The notes beneath the pieces were generated by a model that had not been told where the DNA came from, ran no database searches, and saw only the letters and a list, made by a program, of their open reading frames with translations. Of a DNA stretch of 64,000 nucleotides, positions 12,857 through 24,253 are shown piece by piece. Source of the DNA: Octopus sinensis (lineage: Eukaryota); contig NC_043022.1 in the NCBI RefSeq assembly GCF_006345805.1, positions 18,476,001 through 18,540,000 on the forward strand, given 5' to 3'. Made by a program: the position numbers and the translations under genes. Numbering within the stretch: the stretch's first letter is position 1; every line of letters begins with the position of its first letter.

Positions 12857-13157
12857 AGGGTAAAGACCCCCTTCGGTCACGACACAGACCATGGGATTGC
12901 ACCTAGAAAGTTACCCTCCTAGAAGACCAGCAGTCGCCCATGCATACCAGCCTCCCCTCTCCACGCCACAGATGTTGTCCAAGGGAAAGGCAAAGGGGCC
13001 GATACAGCTTGGCACCTGTGACGTCGCAACTCATTTCTACAGCTGAGTGAACTGGAGCAACGTGAAATAAAGTGCCTTGCTCAAGAACACAGCACGCAGC
13101 CCGGTCCGGGATTCGAGCTCACAACCTCACGATCGTAAGCTCGACGCTCTAACCTTC
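12857..13157 (-). mobile_element. SINE family D
   Basis: tRNA-like head (reverse complement ggttagagcgtcgagcttacgatcgtgaggttgtgagctcgaatccc); TSD gattggaaggta at 12845-12856 and 13158-13169. Confidence 0.85.
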
Positions 13158-13475
13158 GATTGGAAGGTAGTTATCACGTTTAAACAAGAGTTTACCAAAA
13201 GATACAACACGAGTTGTCGGCAGCTTGCGTTGCTTGCATTCTTTACGTCACTTCTGTTTTGTACCAAAAGTGAAGGTCGACAGGGTCAGCTGTTCATAAC
13301 GAACATCTCTGACAAGTTAACACTTTTATTGTATACAAAGAAAACAAAACAAGTTTCGGTATAAACAACATAAGTGTGTATTGTAAATGGTTGAAATGAC
13401 TCTTTCAGGATGTAAATGGTTTTAGTTTCAGCCTATCTCAGATCGAGTCACGTTGTTTTATATTGAATTACTACA

Positions 13476-14280
13476 GGCGCAGGCGTAACTGTGTGGTAAG
13501 AAACTTGCTTTTCGACCCAGTGGTTCCGGGTTCTGACCCACTGCGTGGCACCTTGAGCGAGTGTCTTCTTCTATATATTTCTTTGCTGTCCACAAGGGTC
13601 TAAACACAGAGGGGACAAACGAGGACAGACAAAGGGATTAAGTCGATTACATCGACCCCAGTGCGAAACTGGTACTTTATTTATCGACCCCAAAAGGAGG
13701 AAAGGCAAAGTCGACCTCGGCGGAATTTGAACTCAGAACGTAACGACAGACGAAATACCTATTTCTTTATTACCCACAAGAGGCTAAACACAGAGGGGAC
13801 AAACAAGGACAGACAAAGGGATTAAGTCGATTATATCGACCCCAGTGCGAAACTGGTACTTTATTTATCGACCACAAAAGGATGAAAGCCAAAGTCGACC
13901 TCGGCGGAATTTGAACTCAGAACGTAACGACAGACGAAATACCGCTAAGCAATTCGCCCGGCGCGCTAACGTTTCTGCCAGCTCGCCGCCAATGTCTAGT
14001 GTCTTCTGCTATAACCTCCGGCCGACTAATGTCTAGTGAGTAGATTTGGAAGACGGAAACTGAAAGACAGTCGTATATGTATGTGTGTGTGTCCCTACCA
14101 CCGCTTGACAACCAGTGTTGGTGTTTTTACGTCCCCATTAACTAGCAGTTCAGCAAAAGAGAGCGATGGAATTCGGCTTAAAAGAAATAAGTACTTGGGT
14201 CGATTCGTTCGACTCAAAATTCAAGGTGATGCCCCAGAATGGCCGTAGTCTAATGACTTAAACAAGTAAAAGATAAAAGA
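13476..14280 (+). mobile_element. Older SINE B copy split by a SINE A dimer
   Basis: B head at 13476-13575; B remainder resumes at about 14000. Confidence 0.8.
13576..13990 (-). mobile_element. SINE A head plus two bodies (dimer)
   Basis: Junction gaaatacctatttcttt near 13752-13768; flanking repeat gtgtcttct(t/g)ctata at 13561-13575 and 14000-14014. Confidence 0.9.
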
Positions 14281-14769
14281 TGCATATCTATATTTTATAC
14301 AAACTGCATGCCAGATGTAAGACACTGTGAGGGTGCCCCTTACATCCAAGAAAAATTAACAGTTGTATTTCATTACAAAGGCCAAATGGATCAAAACTGT
14401 TTTCCCCCTAGTTAATACATCTATCCTCGTTTATCACTGGTAACGTGTTAAATGAATCAGTAATAAACAGAGGATCGAACATATGGGAAAAAGAAGTTTC
14501 GTTCCGAGACCACAAATTGTCCTGAGCATAGTGGATGGTCCTTGGAATTGGGAAGTGGGGCTTTTGCGGTCCAAGCAGAATCTGTGATTGATTGCTGTCC
14601 CATGTTATCACGGATGAATTCGTGGTAAGCATACTGTGTAATCATGGATCAGTGATGAGTGAGTTAGTATTAAACTAGGACAGTATTTTATTCTCAAGAG
14701 ATCAGAACAGGAATTCGAATATAATTAATAATGATAATAATATTATCAAAAATAATAATAATAATAATA

Positions 14770-15340
14770 ATCCTTTCTACTGAAGATATAGGGCCTGGAA
14801 TTTGTAGAGAGGGGAATAGTCGATTACATCGACCCAATGTTTAAGTGGTACTTAGTTTATCGACCCCGAAAGGGTGAAAGGCACAGTCGACCTCGGCGGA
14901 ATTTAATCGCAGAACGTAAAGACGGACAAAATACCTATTTCTTTACTACCCACAAGGGGCTAAACACAGAGGGGACAAACAAGGACAGACAAACGGATTA
15001 AGTCGATTATATCGACCTCAGTGCATAACTGGTATTTATTTAATCGACCCCGAAAGGATGAAAGGCAAAGTCGACCTCGGTGGAATTTGTCACTCAGAAC
15101 GTAGCGGCAGACGAAATACCTATTTCTTTATTACCCACAAGGGACTAAACACAGAGAGGACAAACAAGGACAGACAAACGGATTAAGTCGATTATATCGA
15201 CCCCAGTGCGTAAATGGTACTTATTTAATCGACCCCGAAAGGATGAAAGGCAAGTCGACCTCGACGGAATTTGAACTCAGAACGTAACAGCAGACGAAAT
15301 ACCGCAAAGCATTTCGCACGGCATGCTAACGATTCTACCA
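14770..15340 (-). mobile_element. SINE A chain: worn head, two young bodies, terminal A2 variant
   Basis: Junctions near 14935 and 15120; A2 tail tcctttctactg...ggcctgga adjoins (TAA)n. Confidence 0.9.
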
Positions 15341-15647
15341 ATAATGATAATATGAAGGAAAAATAAAAAATAAACAAAATCTCAATTCCGTGCCCTTTCC
15401 ATTCTCCAAGAGTTTCTGCTATTGACGTAAACGGCTCGATTAGCTGCCGAATGAAATACCCATTGTGAATAATGCAGACCGACAGACAGATAGGGAATTC
15501 TGGTATAACTCTATAACCTTTTTTGTTCTTTTTCTTTAAATTCTAACAATAAGCTTTGTAGCAAATGTTTGCCTACTACTTAGTTATTAGTCATTTGCCA
15601 ACAAGTGCTATTCCGGAATATATAATTATATAAGTATGATTTAAACT

Positions 15648-15697
15648 TATGTATGTATGTATGTATGTATGTATGTATGTATCTATCTATCTATCTA

Positions 15698-15781
<84 letters not shown>

Positions 15782-15820
15782 GCTGTCTATCTATCCATCC
15801 ATCCATCTGTCTGTCTGTCT
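15648..15820. repeat. Compound microsatellite (TATG)n(TATC)n(TGTC)n
   Basis: Directly visible. Confidence 0.95.
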
Positions 15821-17086
15821 GATTGAATTTTCTCTCTTTCCTCCTCTCTCTGTCACTCTCTCTCTCTTTCCCTCTAACTTTGTATGTTTGTTTCTGTCTG
15901 TCTGTCTGTTTGTCCCTCACTATATATATACATATATGTGTGTGTGTGTGTGTGTATCTGTATATATTCATGTATACGCACACACACACACGCCTACAGG
16001 TGCAAAACAAGGTGGAAAGAATACCACAGAAAGAGAAAAGCAAGGGTTTATTGAAACTGTAAAGACTTCAGAAATTTTTGCTCAGTTTCACGCCACTGAC
16101 CATCTTGAGAATTTAGAGAGTAATGATGTGTGTGTAGTAGTAGTAGTAGTAGTAGTTAGTAGTAGTAGTAGTAGTAGTAGTAGCAGTAGTAGTAGTAGTT
16201 GTAGTAGTAGAAATAGAAGCGCTAGTTGCGCAAAATAACTGTAACGACAAAAGTGTGACATGCTGGCGCGTTATAATGGACAAACAACCCTCTCTATGTA
16301 TACGTGACCCCTAGGGTCTTACAGAAATGAGGTGTGTCCACAAAGGCAAATTTAGCATGGAAAAACAAGCGAGAAAAGCATGTGTGACGTATGAATGTGA
16401 GAGAGATAGCATTTGTGTGTGTATTAACTATGTGTGTACGTGTGTGCGACAGAAATACAAACAAGGTGAATGCGAGCAAAATTAAAATACAGCGCATAGA
16501 AAAAAAATCTCTCAGGGCCATTTCAGACAAGATGGAGTTAATTTACCAGTCCGTAATAGCCTGATGCATAATAGCAGTTAGTTCTGTAACAGAATGTTGA
16601 GATCACAAATGCAGATGCCGGTTGAACACATGTCGTGTAGCGGTTGTGGCTTCAATGCTGTGGCAGGTTAAATTGGAACAGAAGATCTCGCAGGTAGACT
16701 GTGCTGTTAATCCTTGGTGCGTATACACAAACAGCGTGTTTGCTAAACTTCCGCGAGTTGCTATTTACATATTGTTGAGGTCGACGGTGTTGAAGGCGAC
16801 GGTGATGAAGGCGACTGTGGTGGACTTGAGACACATTGTTCTTAGTGTTGATGGCGACGAAGATAACGACGACGTGAAGTCGAAAGACGACGATGGCAGA
16901 GAAAAAGCATCGTTGATATGGTGGCGTCCGTCATTATTGCTGAAGAATAAGAAAGGCTCCTTTTATAACTGTTTGAGGGGACCGGAAACAAATCGTCGAA
17001 AGATGAATGCGTAGAGTTGATAGTGTTCAAACCTGGCAGAAAACTGAATTTCTTTGTTGTTAAGTGATCTCTGGTTTGAGACCAGA

Positions 17087-17104
17087 ATCACGTCGGGGTC
17101 ACCA
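17087..17104 (-). other. Primer-binding site complementary to the tRNA-Trp 3' end
   Basis: Plus strand atcacgtcggggtcacca equals the 18 3'-terminal nt of eukaryotic tRNA-Trp including CCA; it lies 1 nt from the LTR end. Confidence 0.9.
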
Positions 17105-17105
17105 G

Positions 17106-17714
17106 TGTAACGACAGTGAACGTCTTCTCTGCACTTTTTGGGTGCAGTTGGTGCAATCACTTTCCGTTGCTTTACTTATCCAGATTCTACCAGTCAGAAA
17201 CAACAAGACGCAAACGTAAAAAATATATATCTACTTTATTCTCTTATGACAGTAACAAATAAGTGGTATATCTGGTTCCGCTTGGTATGGATGTGTCAGA
17301 GCTGAACTTTATCGCTGTAGAATTTACAGTGTTCAAATGCAAACAACACTGCCAAGATGGCGTCCGCAGGGAGAAAGATGATGTGGTCGGCAACAAATGT
17401 CAGGGGGAAACGAAGATAATACGCGTCTTCTTCTATGAAAAGGCTGACTGCTGCTATCAAATCCGGACAGAGAATATTACACGTCCGATGCCTTCGGTCG
17501 CCGTGTCTCAAGTCACTGCCTACTGGACGCTGGTAGTCAACGTCCTACGCTCCCCTTGCCTCGCGGCTAAACTGCCACGTAGGCAAATGGTCCTTCTTCC
17601 GGTGCTTCGCGCATGCGCGAGAGGGCCCTTCCTCTCTGCCTTGGTGAAGGCACCAACACCGCACGCGCGAAACAGAAAAGGACGGTGCGCGCACCGTTAT
17701 ATAGGATCACTACA
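17106..17714 (-). promoter_or_regulatory. 5' LTR (609 bp) with promoter-like motifs and a polyA signal
   Basis: TG...CA ends; CpG-rich; NRF1-like gcgcatgcgc (~17608), ETS-like cttccgg (~17596), YY1-like caagatggcg (~17353); minus-strand AATAAA at 17240-17235. Confidence 0.7.
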
Positions 17715-18249
17715 TAACTATTGTATTTGTTGCAGCTCTTATTAGTATCCACATTGAACTCCCTCTGCTGCTAATCGTGTTATTACGTGAGTACAAAGAG
17801 TACCAATATATTAAAATACAAACGAGCTTAGAGAAACAACTCAGAGCGACTTGTGACCTGCATTTGTAAACAGACAAAATACAGGTCTATCAAATAGCAT
17901 ACGACATGAACTCTTGAGTTCATTAAAGTTTTCCGCTTCTAAAGGATATACAGTAGAATCTCGCAATACGAATGCACCATTATATGAGTAATTTGCTGTA
18001 GGAGCCGAGGCTCGTGCGAATTTTTCTCTTTAAGTACGAGCGGAAATCCGCAGTACCAGCGAGTTTCATACAAGCGACCGCTAGTCGGCGCTGAGCTCGC
18101 ACACGCTTTCCCAACAAGTACAGTCTCCGCCCCCTCAGTTAACGTATTTCTCTCGTTGTGGCAGCATCCTTGTCGTGTTTTCCCCAGTTTTTTTCTATAG
18201 TTTTGTCCATTTTTTTTGTTGCTATTATTTTATAATAAATTTGTTAGCC

Positions 18250-20319
18250 ATAGGTCCTAAGTAGGTTAGTGCAAAAGTTTGAAGATAGAAATCATTAATA
18301 AGCATGAGCGAGCATTGCGTGTAGTGGACATAGCACGTCAGTACTATGTTGATTTTGTAAAATCTCAGAAAATAATTAAAAATTCACATTTTTTGTCAAA
18401 TTATTTTGTTATATTTGTCTATCTATCCAACTGTAAACATTTTAAATATTTCACTAACTTTTGGTAAAAGGGTACATATTTTGCCAAAAATTGCCAAATT
18501 TGTTCCCACAGTCTTCTTTATCCACAATCAGAATCGTAAACTTTCTCTTGAAAATATTTCAAACTAGTCAAAGTTGAGAGTTTGACAGAGACAGATTTGG
18601 GAAGAAATATACAGTGTTTCAAGGTAACATCCTTTGGTGACTTATAGACATGTGTATTGACGACCGAAGCACGTCGACGATCTGCACCATCCTGAAGAAA
18701 AAGGACGAGATCAAGAGGCCGTTACAACAGCAAAGGGTGTCTCCAGGCTAAGCAACACACATCTGTCCACGAAAGGATGGAAAATTACTTCTACTGTAGA
18801 CCAACGTGAAGCAACTCGCAGGGGATACGCAGGCCATTATCTGCGAGAAAGCACGAGCGCTGTATGGGGGATCTCCTGAAGCAGAACCCAGGAACATCGC
18901 CGGCGGGAGACATCAGCTGACACAATTAAGGCCAGTCGTGGATGGTTTGATAATTTCAAGAAGAGGACTCTGGTGTTCATAGCGTCGTCAGGTATAGAGA
19001 AGCAGGGAGTTCTGACAGGAAAGCAGCTGAAGACTTCGTGCGTGAATTCCGTCAGCTCGTCACAGCCAAAGAGTACATCGCACAGTAGTTATTTAACTGT
19101 GATGAAACTGGCCTTTTGGGGGGAAAAAAGTGCTCAGAACCTACATAACTGCAGAGAAGAAACTGCCAGTCCACGAGCCTATGAAAGATAGGCAAACTCT
19201 CGCCCTTTGTGCTAATGTGAGTGGAGACTTAAAGATTAAGCCGCTCTTTGTCTACTATTCAGAAAGCCCTCGAGCGTTCAAGTCGCTCAGAATCCTGAAG
19301 GAGAAGCTGCAGATCATGTGAAGCTGAAGGGCAAACGTTAAAGCCTGGGTCACCTGGCAATCCTACTCCAAGTGGGTCAGCCTTGTCTTCGGACCAGCAG
19401 TGAAAAAGTACCATCTGGAGAATAATCTTCCTCTCAAGGCCCTCCTCATCTTCGACAATGCTCCTGCTCACACCCTTAACATCGAAGATGATATCCTGGA
19501 TAAATTTAAATTTATAAAAAGTCTGTACCTTTCACGCAACACCACCCCTATCTTGCAGCCCATGGACAACAGGTGATTTCTAATTTTAAGAAGTTGTACA
19601 CCGAACACCTGTTTCGTTGGTGCTTTGAAATCACCGAAAATACAAATCTAACCCTTTGTGATTGATGGAAGGAGCACTACAACATTGTAAACTACCTGAG
19701 AACCATCGATATAGCCTGGCAGGGTGTAACGAGGAGAACGCTGAATTCTGCATAGAGGAAACTGTGGTCTGCCTACGTATCTGAAAGAGACTTCAAGGGG
19801 TTTGAGTCTGAGACACCTGTAATCGAGAAAATAGTGTCTCTTGGTACGACTATGGGCCTCGAGGTTGACGATGGGGACATTAACGATCTCATCGAGGAAC
19901 ACTCAGAGAAGCTGACGACAGATGAACTCCTGCCACATCAGGAGCAGTAGCATTTGTATGAGATTGGTTCCCCGGAGGAGGACAGTGTAGCGGAGAATTT
20001 TATCTCGGCAAGTGACATAAAGGCAGTGTTAGCAAAGTGGCAGTATATTTCTGAATTTGTAGAAAAATATCATCCTGAAAAAGTATCAACAAGTTGTGCA
20101 GCTATTTTATTTAATAACACTGCTCCGGCGCATTTTAGTAACTTTGTGAAAGGCATGAAAAAGCAGACTTCTCTTGATACGTTTCTAAAGAAACGACCTG
20201 CAAGTGTAAAAAGCGAAGAAAGTTTGTCAAAAAGTCTAAATTAAGCGAAGTGAGAGAAAACACCAGAAACTGTTCTTCCTGGAGTCTTAATGGAAGGAGA
20301 TTCTCCTTCGAAGCAGTAA
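18250..20319 (+). pseudogene. Tigger-type DDE transposase pseudogene
   Basis: Fragments KIEIINKHE..RVVDIARQY|DRSTSTICTILKKK, KASRGWFDNFKKR (CENP-B HTH), FNCDETG, KALLIFDNAPAH, TPILQPMD, MEGDSPSKQ*; many stops and frameshifts; ~317-bp insert at 18345-18661. Confidence 0.9.
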
Positions 20320-20454
20320 TCCTCCTCCTCCCTGTTCTATCGTCTTCCTCGTGCACAAATCGTCCCATCTTTAATTAGTTAATAAAGACAGTTTACATAT
20401 TTCTTTTGCATTCTCTTTTTTATTGTCATTTTACTTGTAACTACACCTTTTCTG

Positions 20455-20660
20455 AAAATAGAAATAATACATTTCTAAATCTCTCAGAGAGATTTATGCA
20501 GTAGCAACACGATAGAGTGATAGTATGTTGTTAACTTAATGATAGTCCCATGAAAGGGAAGAATACTACTGTTATTTAGCCCTAGGAAACACCTAGGGAT
20601 AAATAACAGTAGCATTTTTCCCTTTCATGGGACTGTCACATTAAGTTGACAACATACTGT
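20455..20660. mobile_element. Fold-back insertion inside the Tigger 3' region
   Basis: 13-bp direct repeat tacaccttttctg at 20442-20454 and 20661-20673; ~70-bp inverted arms centred on ccctagg-aaaca-cctaggg. Confidence 0.75.
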
Positions 20661-20949
20661 TACACCTTTTCTGTTTCAAAACTCATAAAAAATTATTTTT
20701 GGGTGGTTTTGGTGGGCTGGAACGGATTAATTATATTTTAGTTAATTTTAATGGGGAAAATTGATTTGTAAAACGTATAAAATCGTCAAACGAACGAGCT
20801 CATGAAACGAATTAAACTCTTACTGCGAGGTATCGCTATCATAATTACCAGGATATGAAGATGCACAGCTCGGTAATTAGGGTATTCGGCTCAGGATCGT
20901 AAAACTGTGAGTTCAAATCCTAACCAAGACACTTCATTTCATATTGCTC

Positions 20950-21252
20950 ATAAACCTGGACGTTATTAAAGAAGCTTGAGAGGCGGTTGGATGGAACCTA
21001 CACTCGCCTCCTTATGAGAGCTCAAAATCTCTCTACATTGTTGTAGAGCTGAAAAAGAGGTAATTTCTACTCTTCTCCTCTGGAAGCCATCTACTCGCAA
21101 TACCAGAGGGCGCACACTCTCCTACCCTGATGTAATCTCCAGGGATACAGGCATCCAGCAACAGGACCTCCGTAATGCCATGATGGACCGTGAAGTCTGG
21201 CGTAACATGGTAAATTCCATTGTCTCGACCACGGTCGAACAATGATGATGAT
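20950..21252 (+). mobile_element. RTE-clade LINE 3' end inserted in a D-like SINE head
   Basis: TWTLLKKLERRLDGTYTRLLMRAQNLS...LLWKP...GRTLSYPDVISRDTG...AMMDREVWRNMV...*, with a (TGA)n tail. Confidence 0.8.
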
Positions 21253-21342
21253 GCTCCAGTCTACTCAGCTAAAAATGTGTACCAGCCGAGATAGAGGAAT
21301 AGATAGTGCTAGGGCAGCTCCCCGCTGTCTATCTGTCTCTCG

Positions 21343-21394
<52 letters not shown>

Positions 21395-21464
21395 TTGCCA
21401 ATCCACACTCGTTTTACAGGTGACAGCTGGCCCTTTGTATTTACCTATATAATTATGAATAATA

Positions 21465-21715
21465 TTAGGTTGGTGCATAATCATTGCGGCCTTTTTTCAA
21501 TAAATTTTATTCAACAAAAACAATAACAGCATTTAACAAAAGCATCTTTAAATGATTATTCCGAGCATATTCACCATCTACTTCAATAACTTCTTCCCAT
21601 TTGCTTGGCAGCTGGTCGGAATAATCATTTAAGGATGTTTTTGTTAACTGTTGTTATTGTTTTTATTGAATAAAATTTATTTTAAAAAAAGACAAATAAT
21701 TATGCACCAACCTAA
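21465..21715. mobile_element. mariner-derived MITE with ~100-bp inverted arms
   Basis: TA|ttaggttggtgcataat...attatgcaccaacctaa|TA; the centre encodes (minus) QLPSKWEEVIEVDGEY, a mariner C-terminal motif. Confidence 0.9.
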
Positions 21716-21960
21716 TATTTAGGAAGTTTTCTAAAGGTAACCGAAACAAGAACTAAATATCTTTATTTTTTGGTGAAATCATAGATGATATTTTTGTAAA
21801 AATTAATTGTTCAGCCATCAAAGTATATACATGGAATCATGAAGGTCTTACTCACAGATAATAACAGTCTTTATAATTTTGGCACAAGGCCAGCAAGTTT
21901 GAGCGAAGGTGAATAATCGATTACATCGACCCCAGTGCTCAACTGATACTCATTTTATTG

Positions 21961-22343
21961 GGAAGCACTCCCTCGGTTACGACGACGAGGGTTCCGGTTG
22001 ATCCGAATCAACGGAACAGCCTGCTCGTGAAATTAACGTGTAAGTGGCTGAGCACTCCACAGACACGTGTACCCTTAAAGTAGTTCTCGGGGATATTCAG
22101 CGTGACACAAGAGAGTGACAAGGCCGGCCCTTTGAAATACAGGTACAACAGAAACAGGAAGTAAGAGTGAGAGAAAGTTGTGGTGAAAGAGTACAGCAGG
22201 GATCACCACCATCCCCTGCCGGAGCCTCGTGGAGCTTTAGGTGTTTTCGCTCAATAAACACTCACAAGGCCCGGCCTGGGAATCGAAACCGCGATCCTAT
22301 GACCGCGAGTCCGCTGCCCTAACCACTGGGCCATTGCGCCTCC
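21961..22343 (-). mobile_element. SINE family C, full length
   Basis: tRNA-like head; TSD actcattttattg at 21948-21960 and 22344-22356; inserted in an old A2 copy. Confidence 0.92.
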
Positions 22344-22500
22344 ACTCATTTTATTGACCACAGCGCTCAACCCCCGAACGGATGAGAAGCAAAGTCTACC
22401 CTGACAGAGTTTGAACTCGGAACATTAGCTGGAAGAAATGCCACCAAGCATTTTGTCCGCTCGATTTTGCCAGCTCGTTGCAGACTATCATAATCTGTCT

Positions 22501-22885
22501 GTGGAGGCGCAATGGCCCAGTGGTTAGGGCAGCGGACTCGCGGTCGGAGGATCGCGGTTTCGATTCCCAGACCGGGCATTGTGAGTGTTTATTGAGCAAA
22601 AACACCTAAAGCTCCACGAGGCTCCGGCAGGGGGTGGTGGTGATCCCTGCTGTTCTCTTTCACCACAACTTTCTCTCGCTCTTTCTTCCTGTTTCTCTTG
22701 TACCTGTATTTCAAAGGGCCAGCCTTGTCACATTCTGTGTGTCACGCTTAATCTCCTCGAGAACTACGTTAAGGGTACACGTGTCTGTGGAGTGCTCAGT
22801 CACTTGCACGTTAATATCACGAGCAAGCTGTTCCGTTGATCGTATCAGCTGGGACCCTCATCGTCGCAACCGACGGAGTGCTCCT
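22501..22885 (+). mobile_element. SINE family C, full length
   Basis: A-box tggcccagtgg, B-box-like ggtttcgattccc; TSD tatcataatctgtct at 22486-22500 and 22889-22903. Confidence 0.92.
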
Positions 22886-24035
22886 ATATATCATAATCTG
22901 TCTAATACAGGGACAAGTCCTGAAATATTTTGATGGGAGGGGTTAGTAGATTACATCGATCCCAATGCGCAAGTACTACTTATTTTATTGACCCCCAAAG
23001 AGATGAAAGGCAAAGTCGACTACGGCAGAATTTGAACTCAGAACGTGAAGTGTCTGACGTAATGCCATTAAGCATTTTGTTCGACGCATTAACGATTCTG
23101 GCATGGCAGCTCGTTGCAGATAATATTAACAGTAGTTTTTTTTTGTCTATTTTTATTTTTAAAAGAAATTCTGTAAAAATTCTTAATTTAATAATTAGAG
23201 ATTAATTTTGATGAATTTTGAAGAAAAAGAAGAAAAAATAGAAAACAAAAATAATCTTAATTATATATGTCAGAGAGAGAGAGAGAGAGAGAGAAAGTGA
23301 GAGAAAGGTGGGGATCGACTGCAAAGTAAGAAAGTAGTTCTGGTTGAAACTTGAACCGGCAAAGCCACACCATGAGCAATACTACCTCTATCACGACCAC
23401 CACTTATGACTAAAATGATGATTAATCTTTTTATGTTTAATCTTTTAATCTTAGTCGCCTGAATGATTGCACACACACACACACAGCGATTTTATTTTCA
23501 TGGTGCGTGGAATTTTAATGGATTAAAATTTTAGTGTTGTTGTTGTTGTTGTTGTGTTGGTAGAGAGGTTGGTTTCACTGTATCAAAATTGTCAGCTCGC
23601 ATGTGGCTCCAGGTTCTTCATGCAGACGAAAACTCCTGACTTTCCCCACCCTCCTCGAAAGACAACCGCCTCCATAGCCACTCTTCCCATAACTTTTCCT
23701 TCCAGTCACCTGATCCCATGTTCCCTCTTTTGTTCTCTTGATCTGATCCTTATTCTTTCGACTTGTTGACATTCCACGCCACCTCAACTGCCCTGCGAAC
23801 ATATTTCGAAACTATTAATTATATTTGTGATAACAAAGACATACTAACAAATTATTATTAATAATAATAATAATAATAACAACAGCTGCAATAGTAATAA
23901 TTTCTTTTATAAGCCACAGGAGCCTGGTAGTGGGGGACATCACATGGTCAGATAACAATTTGTGTGAGAATTTACATAAAGGCTGGGGAGAAGGAAATGG
24001 AAAAAGACAATGAAATACGATAAAATTATACATAT

Positions 24036-24216
24036 AGGCGCAGGAGTGGCTGTGTGGTAAGTAGCTTGTTTACCAACCACATGGTTCCGGGTTCAGTCCC
24101 ACTGCATGGCACCTTGGGCAAGTGTCTTCTACTATAGCCTCGGGCCGACCAATGCCTTGTGAGTGGATTTGGTTGACGGAACTGAAAGAAGCCCATCATA
24201 TATATATATAATATAT

Positions 24217-24253
<37 letters not shown>

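Larger units (their letters stand above)
16240..17714 (-). mobile_element. Internally deleted Gypsy-type LTR retrotransposon relic
   Basis: Minus strand: LTR TGTAGTGA...GTCGTTACA (17714-17106), then PBS TGGTGACCCCGACGTGAT; the element ends again in TGTCGTTACA at 16249-16240; 4-bp TSD taac at 16236-16239 and 17715-17718. Confidence 0.8.
17951..20839 (+). mobile_element. Tigger/pogo DNA transposon, decayed, near full length
   Basis: TA|cagtagaatctcgcaatacg left end; degenerate inverted right end ttactgcgaggtatcgcta; encloses a transposase pseudogene. Confidence 0.85.

Noticed and set aside
17087-17104. tRNA-Trp gene fragment
   Set aside because: Includes CCA and abuts an LTR end, so it is a primer-binding site.
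16622-17745. Plus-strand ORFs of 130 and 160 aa as host genes
   Set aside because: They lie antisense within the LTR element and show no recognisable domain.
22503-22575. tRNA gene
   Set aside because: It is the tRNA-derived head of SINE C, continuing into the SINE body within a TSD.
23575-23802. Host exon
   Set aside because: QLRW.G...K...G.K..G pattern fits a decayed RTE 3' remnant better, but it is too degenerate to call.
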